DNA from: Candidatus Thorarchaeota archaeon
GTDB lineage: Archaea > Asgardarchaeota > Heimdallarchaeia > Hodarchaeales > Hodarchaeaceae
Direction of reading: 5' to 3'
Assembly: GCA_048882505.1 (NCBI GenBank)
Contig: JBHLRO010000001.1
Coordinates: 240,001 to 272,000 of the forward strand
Length of the DNA stretch: 32,000 nt
Shown here piece by piece: positions 9,280 through 18,233 of this stretch (position 1 is the stretch's first letter; each line of letters starts with the position of its first letter). The position numbers and the translations under genes were made by a program. The notes under the pieces are model-generated. The model searched no databases. It had not been told where the DNA came from and saw nothing but the letters and a program-made list of their open reading frames with translations.

Positions 9280-10308
9280 ATGGTTAATAATGCGTCAGAA
9301 ACTCCTATTGTGGAAGCTAAGAATTTAAAAAAGTGGTTTACCTTAAAAAAAGGAATAAGCTCAACCTTTGGCATGTCCCAGGAGATAAAAATCCGAGCGG
9401 TAGATGGAGTCGACTTGCAAGTCCTTGACGGAGAAGTTTTCGGGATTGTGGGAGAGAGCGGATGCGGGAAAACTACATTGGGGAAGTTGTTAATCCGTCT
9501 CCTTGAACCTACTGATGGCCTCCTCAGTTTTAGGGGAACAGAGATCACCCACCTTTCGATGAAAGAAATGAGGAAATTTAGGAGAGAAATGCAGATAATC
9601 TATCAGGATCCGTTTAGCAGCTTACCTGTAAGATTTAAGGTAAGTAGGATCCTAACGGAACCCTTTCAAATTCACAAATTAATTTCTAGCAAGGCTGATG
9701 GTATTGAAAGAGCTTCTGAATTGCTAGAAGATGTTGGTCTAGTACCAACCGATGTATTTCTGGAAAAGTATCCCAACGAACTTAGCGGGGGTCAGCGCCA
9801 AAGAGTGGGTATTGCGAGGGCTATCGCCCTGAAACCAAAGTTCATTCTAGCAGATGAACCTGTATCAATGCTTGACCTCTCGGTTAGGGCCGAAATTCTT
9901 AATTTGATTCTTAAATTGAAAAAGGATTATGGACTTACTTTACTCCTTATAACCCACGATTTAGCCAGTGCGCAATTCATGTGCAACAGGGTTGCCATTA
10001 TGTATGTAGGGAAGATTGTGGAAGTGGGATCTGGAGATGAAATATTCAGCAAACCTTACCATCCGTATACGATGCTGCTGAAAGCCGCCCTACCCACACT
10101 TGACCCACGAACTAAGCATCACCTTTCGCAGCTTCCAACAGAGGAGGAAATTGCTAATCCTATTGATCTCCCACCAGGTTGTAGATTCCATCCGCGATGT
10201 ATTTATGCGCAAGATTTTTGTAAACGCAACGAACCAGAACTAAGAACGTATTTAGATAGAGAGGTTGCATGCCATGCCATAGGCGATTGGCTGCAACCAG
10301 AGGACTAA
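9280..10308 (+). CDS. dppF: Peptide ABC transporter ATP-binding protein (DppF/OppF)
   Basis: Walker A GESGCGKT, 'YQDPFSSL', LSGGQRQR, 'ADEPVSMLD' and C-terminal 'GCRFHPRC...C...VACH'. Confidence 0.94.
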   Translation: MVNNASETPIVEAKNLKKWFTLKKGISSTFGMSQEIKIRAVDGVDLQVLDGEVFGIVGESGCGKTTLGKLLIRLLEPTDGLLSFRGTEITHLSMKEMRKFRREMQIIYQDPFSSLPVRFKVSRILTEPFQIHKLISSKADGIERASELLEDVGLVPTDVFLEKYPNELSGGQRQRVGIARAIALKPKFILADEPVSMLDLSVRAEILNLILKLKKDYGLTLLLITHDLASAQFMCNRVAIMYVGKIVEVGSGDEIFSKPYHPYTMLLKAALPTLDPRTKHHLSQLPTEEEIANPIDLPPGCRFHPRCIYAQDFCKRNEPELRTYLDREVACHAIGDWLQPED

Positions 10309-10332
10309 CATAGCTACATAGGAGAAGGAAAA

Positions 10333-10809
10333 ATGGCAGAACCATATGAAAGTCAGAAAATTCCTGATCACTGGAATTCGTCTCCAAAAAGGGCGGTGTT
10401 ATGTAGAATTGTTGCAATTTCGGGTCTCCGGTTAAAACAGAGAGACACTTGGTTAATGCATCCTAGAACCAGAACTTTCCCAAAATTCGAGATAGCTGAA
10501 ATGACAATTACTGATGAAGAGCTAGCAAACCCAGGTCATCAAATAAACTCCGTACTGTATATCGGATTTTTGGAGGTTCAGCAGGGTGGCGTAGTTATTG
10601 CAGGAGACTCTGTTTCTATTTCAGAAAAGGAAATTGGAGTTGTAGGTGGTTTCAGTGATATTCATGAACCGAATCACCTTAATATCATGGTGAAGGGGAA
10701 CCCGGATATAATAGGGAAGTATATTACTCCGTACTCGGACGCTTCGGTTGTAAAACTGGATTTTAATGTTGAAGACGAAGTAGTTTTCGGTAGACATGCC
10801 AAAAAATGA
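10333..10809 (+). CDS. DUF6917-like protein of unknown function
   Basis: 'E...TDE...PG..IN.V.YIGF.EV..GGV...GD.V.I....IG...GF...H.PNH.NI' pattern. I recognise this from memory as the DUF6917 family. Confidence 0.6.
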   Translation: MAEPYESQKIPDHWNSSPKRAVLCRIVAISGLRLKQRDTWLMHPRTRTFPKFEIAEMTITDEELANPGHQINSVLYIGFLEVQQGGVVIAGDSVSISEKEIGVVGGFSDIHEPNHLNIMVKGNPDIIGKYITPYSDASVVKLDFNVEDEVVFGRHAKK

Positions 10810-10835
10810 TCATAGATAGCGGATGATGAATAGAC

Positions 10836-11924
10836 GTGTATTCCATGCCGATTTACCTAAAAGGATCTCATTATAATATCGGATACGAGCATGGCCAACA
10901 ACTATCAGAAACCATCCTGATGACAGTCGTACCTTTTATTGAGGAAGATATGCAGGAGAGCGGTATTAGCATGAAAGAGGGGCTATCAATTGCCAAAAAG
11001 TATGAATTACTTATTTCTAAAGATTATCCAGAGGTTATGGAGGAAACGAAAGGATTGGCTGACGGAGCTGGAATCGATTTCAAAAAAGCGCTATTGATTC
11101 TTTTCTATTGGGAAGTTCATGATACGGTTGAACAAAGCATTCCAGAATGTTCCTCGTTTGTGGCCGCAGGAGATGCCACAGTAGGAGGGGAGCCTATTGC
11201 CAGCCAGAACTCTGATTGGCCAAAAAAAATGATTGGTAGAGGTATTCCAAACGTATTCCACGTTTCCCCAAATAGCGGATATAGCTTCATAGGTAGAGGA
11301 CTCGCGGGAAATCTGGGACGAACCTCTGTTATCGGTTTTAATGAAAAGGGTCTTGGTTTTGTAGGTTCTGGTATTAATCAATTAAACGAACCTGGATTCG
11401 GTTTCCCTCCGTTGATACTGACAAGAATAGGTTTGGAGCGGTGTAGTACAGTAGAAGAATTCCTGGGATTGGTAAAGAGTATTCCTAGATGGTCTCATGC
11501 TGGAGAAAATGTAGAGATTGTAGATAAACATGGTAATATGGCTCGAATTAGCTTTGGATCAAGTAAGACCTTCGTGGTGCAAACGAAAGACCATTTCCTT
11601 GTGTCAACGAATCATTTTCACAATCAGGAACTTAGACATCTAGGTCCGGAAACTAAGGAATCATATCCGTCTTCATATGAAAGATATGACCGGCTAATCG
11701 ACCTTTTAAAGGCAAACTACGGGAAAATTGATCTGGAAGTTGCAAAGCAAATCATGAGTGATCACAAACATGGGAATAGGCCACCCGATGGAGGGAGCTC
11801 GATCTGCCGACATGGGAGTAAGCAGGAAACCATGGGAAATATGATTTTCTTGCCAAATAAAAGAAAATTCTGGATGTCCCAGGGAACCCCGTGTGGAGGA
11901 GACTATTCCGAATTCAAACTTTAA
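10836..11924 (+). CDS. Peptidase C45 / AAT-family Ntn-hydrolase
   Basis: 'GS.Y.IGY.HG', autoprocessing nucleophile in 'E|CSSF', 'QNSDW', 'G.NE.GL', 'TNHF' and 'S..RY.RL'. The start may be the GTG at 10836 or the ATG at 10845. Confidence 0.85.
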   Translation: MYSMPIYLKGSHYNIGYEHGQQLSETILMTVVPFIEEDMQESGISMKEGLSIAKKYELLISKDYPEVMEETKGLADGAGIDFKKALLILFYWEVHDTVEQSIPECSSFVAAGDATVGGEPIASQNSDWPKKMIGRGIPNVFHVSPNSGYSFIGRGLAGNLGRTSVIGFNEKGLGFVGSGINQLNEPGFGFPPLILTRIGLERCSTVEEFLGLVKSIPRWSHAGENVEIVDKHGNMARISFGSSKTFVVQTKDHFLVSTNHFHNQELRHLGPETKESYPSSYERYDRLIDLLKANYGKIDLEVAKQIMSDHKHGNRPPDGGSSICRHGSKQETMGNMIFLPNKRKFWMSQGTPCGGDYSEFKL

Positions 11925-11982
11925 GCCACAATAATCTCCTTACGCTTCTTGGGATACGAATGCCTGCAGATCTTTTGCAGCT

Positions 11983-13062
11983 CTAACTTTTCCATACTAG
12001 ACTAAAGACTCTCAATAGATTACCTCCCATTACTTTTCCGACATCTGTTTTCGAAAATCCTCGCTTTTCTAGCAAATTTGCTATCTTTGGTATGTCCCCA
12101 ATGCTCTCGAATCCCTTTGGATAATGAAATGCTATTTTTTTCCCGCCTAGATCTTGACCACCCATCCAAATGGCATCATGCTTTTCCTGCGGCCAATTTT
12201 CTAATAAATCGGGACCGATCCCGACGTGGTTAATTCCCACTAGGCTGATTATATGTTCGATGTGACGTATCATATCATCAATACAAGCATCGTTGTTTTC
12301 AGAAAGGAACATTGGCAAGGAATGGATTCCTATATAGCCACCATTTTCGCCTAGCTGATTAATAATATTGTCATCCAGGTTGCGCGGATGGCGGCAAAGT
12401 GCCTTTACATTAGAGTTTGAGGCAATAATGGGTTGAGAAGAGAGTTCAAGGACGTCCATGCATCCTTTCTGCGATAGGTGAGAGATATCAATTACCATTC
12501 CAATTCTGTTCATTTCTTCAACTACCTTCACGCCAAAATCACTTAATCCTCCGTTTGTACGATCCATGCAGCTGTCAGAAATCTCATTTCTCAGGTTTGC
12601 GGTCAAATTCATCTTACGGATTCCCAACCTATAGAATGCTCTCAATAAAGCAAGATCCCTCTTTATGGGCTTTCCGCCCTGGAGACAAAGGACTATTCCA
12701 AGTTTATTACTTCGTTTTAACTCTTCAGCCTCTTTTATATTGGTTATGATAGTTATTTTTTCATTGCTTTCTGTTTCTTCTTGAAACATGTAATCTATTC
12801 CGTCTAGGGCTCTTTGAAGGTAATCAGGATTTGAAAGTATACTCTTGATTGGAAAGGTTGTAAACATCCGTGTTTCTCCTCCAACATGATCACAAATTAG
12901 ATCGATTCCGCCCTTTCTTAACGAGGGAAGATGTCGTCTCTCCATTACCCTTTTTTCGCCCTGACTTCGTCTTTCTGCAACATCAATAAGATAATCAGTG
13001 TGAGATAATGCTGTGAACCCGGTAAATCCAGTTATATCAGTATTATCATTTATGAGACTCAA
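11983..13062 (-). CDS. Membrane dipeptidase (peptidase M19, amidohydrolase superfamily) with altered metal ligands
   Basis: 'HTD', 'GGLS.FG..VV.EMNRIGMVIDISH', 'HPRN..D' and 'HVGIGPD'. TTG start with an AGGAG RBS. Confidence 0.88.
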   Translation of the reverse strand: MSLINDNTDITGFTGFTALSHTDYLIDVAERRSQGEKRVMERRHLPSLRKGGIDLICDHVGGETRMFTTFPIKSILSNPDYLQRALDGIDYMFQEETESNEKITIITNIKEAEELKRSNKLGIVLCLQGGKPIKRDLALLRAFYRLGIRKMNLTANLRNEISDSCMDRTNGGLSDFGVKVVEEMNRIGMVIDISHLSQKGCMDVLELSSQPIIASNSNVKALCRHPRNLDDNIINQLGENGGYIGIHSLPMFLSENNDACIDDMIRHIEHIISLVGINHVGIGPDLLENWPQEKHDAIWMGGQDLGGKKIAFHYPKGFESIGDIPKIANLLEKRGFSKTDVGKVMGGNLLRVFSLVWKS

Positions 13063-13110
13063 ATTTCTTAACTCCTAGTTTCATTATGGGATCAATCACA
13101 TCCAACAACA

Positions 13111-14460
13111 TCAAATGGCTAGTAGTTCAGCTAGAAGTGAAACATCATCACAATTGGTAATCGATTCGACAAAGGAAGAGATTTCATCTACTGTATCTTT
13201 GCTGGCTACTCTAGATGCCAGATTCTTGAACTTGGCCCTAGTTTCTTCAATACTCATCCTTCTCGGATTTCTTACTATTCCACTCTCGAACCTTTGACCG
13301 TTTTTCATTTTGATTTCAACCCTCGCTGCTAAACGATGATCTAAACCAAGGTCATCCAAATCAGGATCTATGACAATATCTACTCGTTCCGCAATTTTAC
13401 GAATCCTTTCATCATCAATCTTTTTATTAGAAAACTGTTCAATCCCAACCACTCCATCTTTAAGTTTAACAGCTATAGCATAAGGCAGACTCATCTGGGC
13501 AGAATGAATGTTATCGTAGGTCATACCCACATCGTTCTTTTGTGCACCTCGCGTTGTGTTAACAAAAACGGTTTCGACTGATTCGGCAGCAATGTCGTTT
13601 GTATCAGTAATATCTGATAATGCATCTATTACGGCATGAAAGCTCGTGCAATTGGGATATTTCTTTAGAGCCATTTTTTGCATTTCATAAACCAGACCGA
13701 GACTTTCCGTTATTTTATCGATTTGGGGATCAGAAGAATGAGCCGTACAAAATCCACCTTGTTTCGATTCCAGAATATCCCTATATCCAGTTACACCATT
13801 TCTAGCAAGAAATGCTGCCATTATTCCTCCTTGGGCGGCTCGGGCATTAACCAGCCGTTTTGCTATTGCTTTAAAACCAAAAGTCAGCAAACCTCCGACG
13901 TAAGGGCCTGTGATTCCAATCGCATTAGTGGTTTGATCAGAACTAAGTCCTAAGATTTTAGCGGATGCAGCAGCCGCTCCGAAGGTGGAACATATCGCCG
14001 TTCCGTTCCATCCATGTAATACCGACCAACCGAGCCCGTTTCGAATCCTAATCGACACCTCCTGACCTGCAACAACAGCCTCAAGAAATTGGGTGCCGCT
14101 TACGCCCCCAATATACTCTGCGGCTGCTAAGGCAGAACTTACGACTAATGCCCCGGGGTGAATTCCAGTAGGAAAGTAAGTATCATCGAATTCAAAGGAA
14201 TTGGTGGCATTTGTATTTGCAAAAACGGCATTTACACATGGTAGCTTGACTCCATGGCCCCAGAGGGTTGCTTCCTCCCTTCCACCCCATTCTTTCAGAA
14301 GTTTAGCGAGAGTTCTTGCCCATGGTAATGTTGAACCAAAGAGACCGCACCCAATCATATCAAGAACATTATACTTTGCGGCTTGGACATATTCGGACGG
14401 GATCTCCGCAAGTTCTAGGTTAACTACCCACTCAGCTAATTGCTCACTAGCTGTTTTCAT
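13111..14460 (-). CDS. MmgE/PrpD family protein (paralog 2)
   Basis: 'A...VLD.IGC...GS', 'N...FEFDDT.....HPG..VV..ALA.AE', 'GI...ARAAQGG..AA.LA..G.TG' and 'K.YP.C...H'. Confidence 0.9.
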   Translation of the reverse strand: MKTASEQLAEWVVNLELAEIPSEYVQAAKYNVLDMIGCGLFGSTLPWARTLAKLLKEWGGREEATLWGHGVKLPCVNAVFANTNATNSFEFDDTYFPTGIHPGALVVSSALAAAEYIGGVSGTQFLEAVVAGQEVSIRIRNGLGWSVLHGWNGTAICSTFGAAAASAKILGLSSDQTTNAIGITGPYVGGLLTFGFKAIAKRLVNARAAQGGIMAAFLARNGVTGYRDILESKQGGFCTAHSSDPQIDKITESLGLVYEMQKMALKKYPNCTSFHAVIDALSDITDTNDIAAESVETVFVNTTRGAQKNDVGMTYDNIHSAQMSLPYAIAVKLKDGVVGIEQFSNKKIDDERIRKIAERVDIVIDPDLDDLGLDHRLAARVEIKMKNGQRFESGIVRNPRRMSIEETRAKFKNLASRVASKDTVDEISSFVESITNCDDVSLLAELLAI

Positions 14461-14472
14461 GAAAAGATGCCT

Positions 14473-14805
14473 CTAATCCTCAGATTCAGGATCCACTTCT
14501 TCTTTCGTTATTTCAAAAACGACTGGACGAGCTGCATCTGGACATGCATGTTCTATAACGCCTTCATTAGCCCATGGATAATCAAATCCAGAGCGCATGG
14601 GGAGGATCTTATACATCATGGTAGCTAGAGCACTGTAACATATTGTACCTTCTATCTCTCCCTCTTTGAATGTAATCTTATCCCCAGGTCTATAATATCT
14701 GCAGGGACCTTTTCCTGCTGTATCCTCGCCATTAAGACCGTGAACGGACTTTACAGTTGCAACAATATTATAGGTTTTGTACGGGGTTTTTTCTTTTTTT
14801 TCCAT
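14473..14805 (-). CDS. TIGR04076-like small Cys-containing protein
   Basis: 'V..V.....G.C..Y..GD', 'IC..A' and 'CPD...PV.FEI', the three-Cys pattern of this family. Confidence 0.7.
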   Translation of the reverse strand: MEKKEKTPYKTYNIVATVKSVHGLNGEDTAGKGPCRYYRPGDKITFKEGEIEGTICYSALATMMYKILPMRSGFDYPWANEGVIEHACPDAARPVVFEITKEEVDPESED

Positions 14806-14842
14806 TGTGTCACCTCATTCAGTTTTTTGTAAGGATTTTGGA

Positions 14843-15679
14843 TCATTCCACCTTGTATACACAGGCTAGATGCCTAACACACTGTGGGCATTGACCGTTA
14901 CATTCTGGCAAGCTTCCTGGAAGGCCGCTAGTTTGGGCTCCTTTGATATCCATCAGAATGCGAAAGATTTTTTCAGTTTCATCTTCTGAACCCTCAACGA
15001 CCAGTGTGGTTGCACCCTCCGCGCCCTCAATCCCTCCGGACGCGATTACAGTAGCCTTAACATCCGCAAGGGATATAATCGCCTCTTTTTCAGTTACAAC
15101 CTCACCGATTAAAGGGATTAATCCAACCGCTGCACCCATGGATTTATGGATTGAAATCCGACCCGATGCTTGCACTGCCTCTTTTATCGTCCCAGGTATA
15201 AGCTTCTCTAAACCGACTGCGATTATAACTTTACAGCCCTGAGAGGAAAAACCTGCCATCGCTTTCCCTGGATTATGTCCTAAAGGTGCTGCGGCCATCA
15301 TTGCCACGTTTCCATGGCTATCCAAAGCGTTAGCGCCAACAATGATTATATCCTCAGCTTGAAGATTAGCGGTCACCTTCTCTATATCCTTATCAATGTC
15401 CATTATTTCGTTCTTCTCCAAAAGAACGCAGTGAGGATGTTTCTGTCTTTCTAGGGCATTCATTGTTCCCCTTGGGGAAATTCGTCCTCCAATTCTCAAC
15501 GATTGACCAGCTAGTTGTTCAGAAATTGTCGAAACAGTTGTTCCTCCCTTTAGTAGCACTTTACCGTTAGCAAGCGCATATTTTACATCAGCTCTGGAAA
15601 CAATTGCTCTTGCAATGACCTGCTTGGCCTCTGATACAGTTAAAGTTACCTGGACTTTCATACCTGGATTAACTCTCAA
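14843..15679 (-). CDS. Conserved hypothetical protein (RpiA/CoA-transferase-like alpha/beta core inferred) with a C-terminal C-x3-C-x2-C-x5-C tail
   Basis: 'LTVSEAK..IA.AI', 'GGTT', 'GANA.D..GN' and 'VGLEKLIP' motifs, ending in 'CNGQCPQCVRHLAC'. An alternative ATG start lies at 15661. Confidence 0.6.
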   Translation of the reverse strand: MRVNPGMKVQVTLTVSEAKQVIARAIVSRADVKYALANGKVLLKGGTTVSTISEQLAGQSLRIGGRISPRGTMNALERQKHPHCVLLEKNEIMDIDKDIEKVTANLQAEDIIIVGANALDSHGNVAMMAAAPLGHNPGKAMAGFSSQGCKVIIAVGLEKLIPGTIKEAVQASGRISIHKSMGAAVGLIPLIGEVVTEKEAIISLADVKATVIASGGIEGAEGATTLVVEGSEDETEKIFRILMDIKGAQTSGLPGSLPECNGQCPQCVRHLACVYKVE

Positions 15680-15686
15680 ATCTTAA

Positions 15687-16685
15687 TCATTTTATTGATC
15701 TAGATACCCTAGCAATAGTCAGAATGTTGTTACCTGGGTAGGCCACAGGAGAAGCTGGTACACCCAAAATTGTACCGTCCTGAGGAGCATGGACCTCATC
15801 TAGAATATTGCCAAACAGATCGGTTATAGAAACAATATGATCCCCCTTTTTAACTTCCAGATTCAATTTACACTTTTCAGTCGGAATTATTAATCCTCCA
15901 TATCTACATTTCACATTAGTTCCTTCCAAGATCCCCCATTCATTGGCATACTTTGCAGAACCTTCAAGCATACCTAAATGTCTCAGTACGTTTTTCAGCA
16001 TGGTTTTAAAGCTTCCAACGTTATTCATGAGAGAGCCCGGAAGCCTATTGCTCGAACCTCCTAACTCTGCAATCACACAGGGGATATTTTCCTTTTCACA
16101 AGATACCAAGAGTGTATTGGGATGGCCACTTTCGTGTAATAGTTTCCATTCAGGGCCCATCCCTCTGGCTAACTCCATTGATTTTGGATCGTTACTTATC
16201 ATAACACGGTTTGTAAGATAGAAGAGACCTCCGCCACCGTGAAGGGATATAACCGTATCCATTTTTTTGACAATCCGATTGAAGTATGTATAAACAATCC
16301 TTTGAGACACTGAACCATTCTTATCACCAGGAAATAACCGATTCATGTCATAATTATAACGCTCGTCCGGATTACCTCTTGTGCCCGCCTCATACGCCCT
16401 AATATTTAGAACAGGGATGCCTACGACTGTTCCCTTTAATTCCTCAGCCTTTAATTCACTCATGAATTCGACAACAGCCACGGCACCCTCAGTTTCATCA
16501 CCATGGCAGCAAGCTTCAACTAGCAGAAGTGGCCCTGTTTCGGTGCCAGATACTACTGTGACTGGAATGCCAAATGGGGAGCCATCGGATCGTGTTGTGA
16601 TTGGTAACCAACCAAATTTCTTGGTTCCTCTTAATTCAATAAAATTTTCAAAATTTGAGATTTCTTTCACGTTTTTCGGCTCCAT
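15687..16685 (-). CDS. Succinylglutamate desuccinylase/aspartoacylase family (M14-like) deacylase
   Basis: Zn ligands 'HGDE' and 'SLHGG', 'D.NR.FPG', catalytic 'ELGG', and a C-terminal barrel-sandwich 'AP.DG' motif. Confidence 0.9.
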   Translation of the reverse strand: MEPKNVKEISNFENFIELRGTKKFGWLPITTRSDGSPFGIPVTVVSGTETGPLLLVEACCHGDETEGAVAVVEFMSELKAEELKGTVVGIPVLNIRAYEAGTRGNPDERYNYDMNRLFPGDKNGSVSQRIVYTYFNRIVKKMDTVISLHGGGGLFYLTNRVMISNDPKSMELARGMGPEWKLLHESGHPNTLLVSCEKENIPCVIAELGGSSNRLPGSLMNNVGSFKTMLKNVLRHLGMLEGSAKYANEWGILEGTNVKCRYGGLIIPTEKCKLNLEVKKGDHIVSITDLFGNILDEVHAPQDGTILGVPASPVAYPGNNILTIARVSRSIK

Positions 16686-18124
16686 TCGGTAATAATCTCA
16701 ATCGTTCGGATCAAACCTCTAACTGCGATTTTTACTCTTTCGGTTATTATATTCCCGTTGTTATCCAAATTCCCTTGACCCATAACTATAAATACGTTTC
16801 CGTCGTAGGAAAGAGGGGGACGTATCCCCATATTCCCCAACCCTATCTGAATCAGATTACTCCCAGAGTACATGTCCTCAATACTAAAAATTGGTATTCC
16901 GATGACGTCATCCTTCCATGTATCAACGTAGTTAACCTCCACAGCCGCTCCATTATATGACTTTGAAATATGGATTCCTTCTTCCATAACACTACCAAAA
17001 CTTGAGAATTCATCTTTTACTACACGATATAGCTCGTCAATCTTTTTTCTCATATCATCGGGGTTTTCCCTTAGTTTCGTTAGCGCAGCTATTTGTCCAA
17101 CTAATCCTTCTTTACCAGGGTCTACAGCTACATAGGCAGTCTTTCCATAGGAAGATGCAGTTCCTCTCCTAGCGCCGTGAAAACCCATTGCCCTCCGAAT
17201 GGGAATCATAACATCTTCTTTGCCAATTACCAATCCACTCGTCGTGGCCTCTACTGCTTTGTCCATACTGTAAAGAATGACATCTGCATTGATTTTTCGA
17301 ATATCAGTTCCAATAAAGGGTAATCCCCTAGCATTGTCGCATATATATGGGATATTATAATCCCTAGCAAGATGGCTATAATATTTCATTAGTTTGGGGG
17401 TTCCTTCCCCATCTTTTATGTGATATCCATAACCTATTGTATCATATCCCATGGAGGTTATACCTGAGAGTTTGTCTCCATGAATTTCTGCAACAGCACG
17501 AATCCTTTCAATCGCCAAATCTGGATCGACTGTGGTTAGCATTGGTATGGCATTATATTTAATGCCATGAGCTTCATATCTTGCTCCTTCAAGAGGAACG
17601 ATTATTGTCTCAACATTCGACAACCTCTTCCCTTGAACTCCCAATTCACCAGCAGTTACTCCTCTATCAGCAAAAAGATCACGATATTTTGGCGGAAAAG
17701 GCCTACCATATCCCCCCTGATGGTGAAGATGTCGTTCGTAAGGTGCGACATATGCTGCCCGATAATTGTCACCTCTACCTTGCATGGGAGGAGATACAAG
17801 CGTGTCAAAGGCAACCCAAAGCGCCGCCTCTGCTGTACTCATCGATGCTGCGTCGTAATTGTCTCCGTAAACATCCTTAACGAGATCTCGTATTTGGTCA
17901 ACAAGTGAAGCAAGAGATATAACTTTTCTACTGGCATCTTGAATTGCTTTAAGGACCTCGGCTGGTACAGTTGGGGGAGTTGCAGAACCACCGCCCAATC
18001 CTATATTGCCTTTAAGATCATCCGTTAATCCGATGTTTTCGGCTTCTTTTCTTATTTCAGAAAGTATTTCAAGAGTGTGCTTCTCAAGTCTTTGATACAT
18101 TCTGAACCTATGAGGTTGGGGCAT
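16667..18124 (-). CDS. Fold-type I PLP-dependent enzyme, SelA-like, uncharacterised
   Basis: 'ICDNARG' (DxA pyridine-binding motif) and 'YSMDKA' (Schiff-base Lys, like SelA-type S-x-D-K). Start moved from 18148 to the ATG at 18124 (AGGTG RBS). Confidence 0.65.
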   Translation of the reverse strand: MPQPHRFRMYQRLEKHTLEILSEIRKEAENIGLTDDLKGNIGLGGGSATPPTVPAEVLKAIQDASRKVISLASLVDQIRDLVKDVYGDNYDAASMSTAEAALWVAFDTLVSPPMQGRGDNYRAAYVAPYERHLHHQGGYGRPFPPKYRDLFADRGVTAGELGVQGKRLSNVETIIVPLEGARYEAHGIKYNAIPMLTTVDPDLAIERIRAVAEIHGDKLSGITSMGYDTIGYGYHIKDGEGTPKLMKYYSHLARDYNIPYICDNARGLPFIGTDIRKINADVILYSMDKAVEATTSGLVIGKEDVMIPIRRAMGFHGARRGTASSYGKTAYVAVDPGKEGLVGQIAALTKLRENPDDMRKKIDELYRVVKDEFSSFGSVMEEGIHISKSYNGAAVEVNYVDTWKDDVIGIPIFSIEDMYSGSNLIQIGLGNMGIRPPLSYDGNVFIVMGQGNLDNNGNIITERVKIAVRGLIRTIEIITEWSRKT

Positions 18125-18147
18125 ACACCTTCTGACTAAACTCGACA

Positions 18148-18157
18148 TTTATATATA
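18148..18157 (-). promoter_or_regulatory. TATA box of the leftward operon (18124 to 11983)
   Basis: The minus strand reads TATATATAAA 24-33 nt upstream of the ATG at 18124, within a roughly 110-bp divergent intergenic region. Confidence 0.5.
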
Positions 18158-18233
18158 CTATGTGATTCTTTGGAAACTGTTGATAATATTACAAGCAAAC
18201 TGGGAAAACATACGAAATTATCGGTGATACTTG

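Noticed and set aside
971-14460. Methylcitrate cycle (prpD)
   Set aside because: No prpB, prpC or acnD in the window, and active-site His positions are altered.
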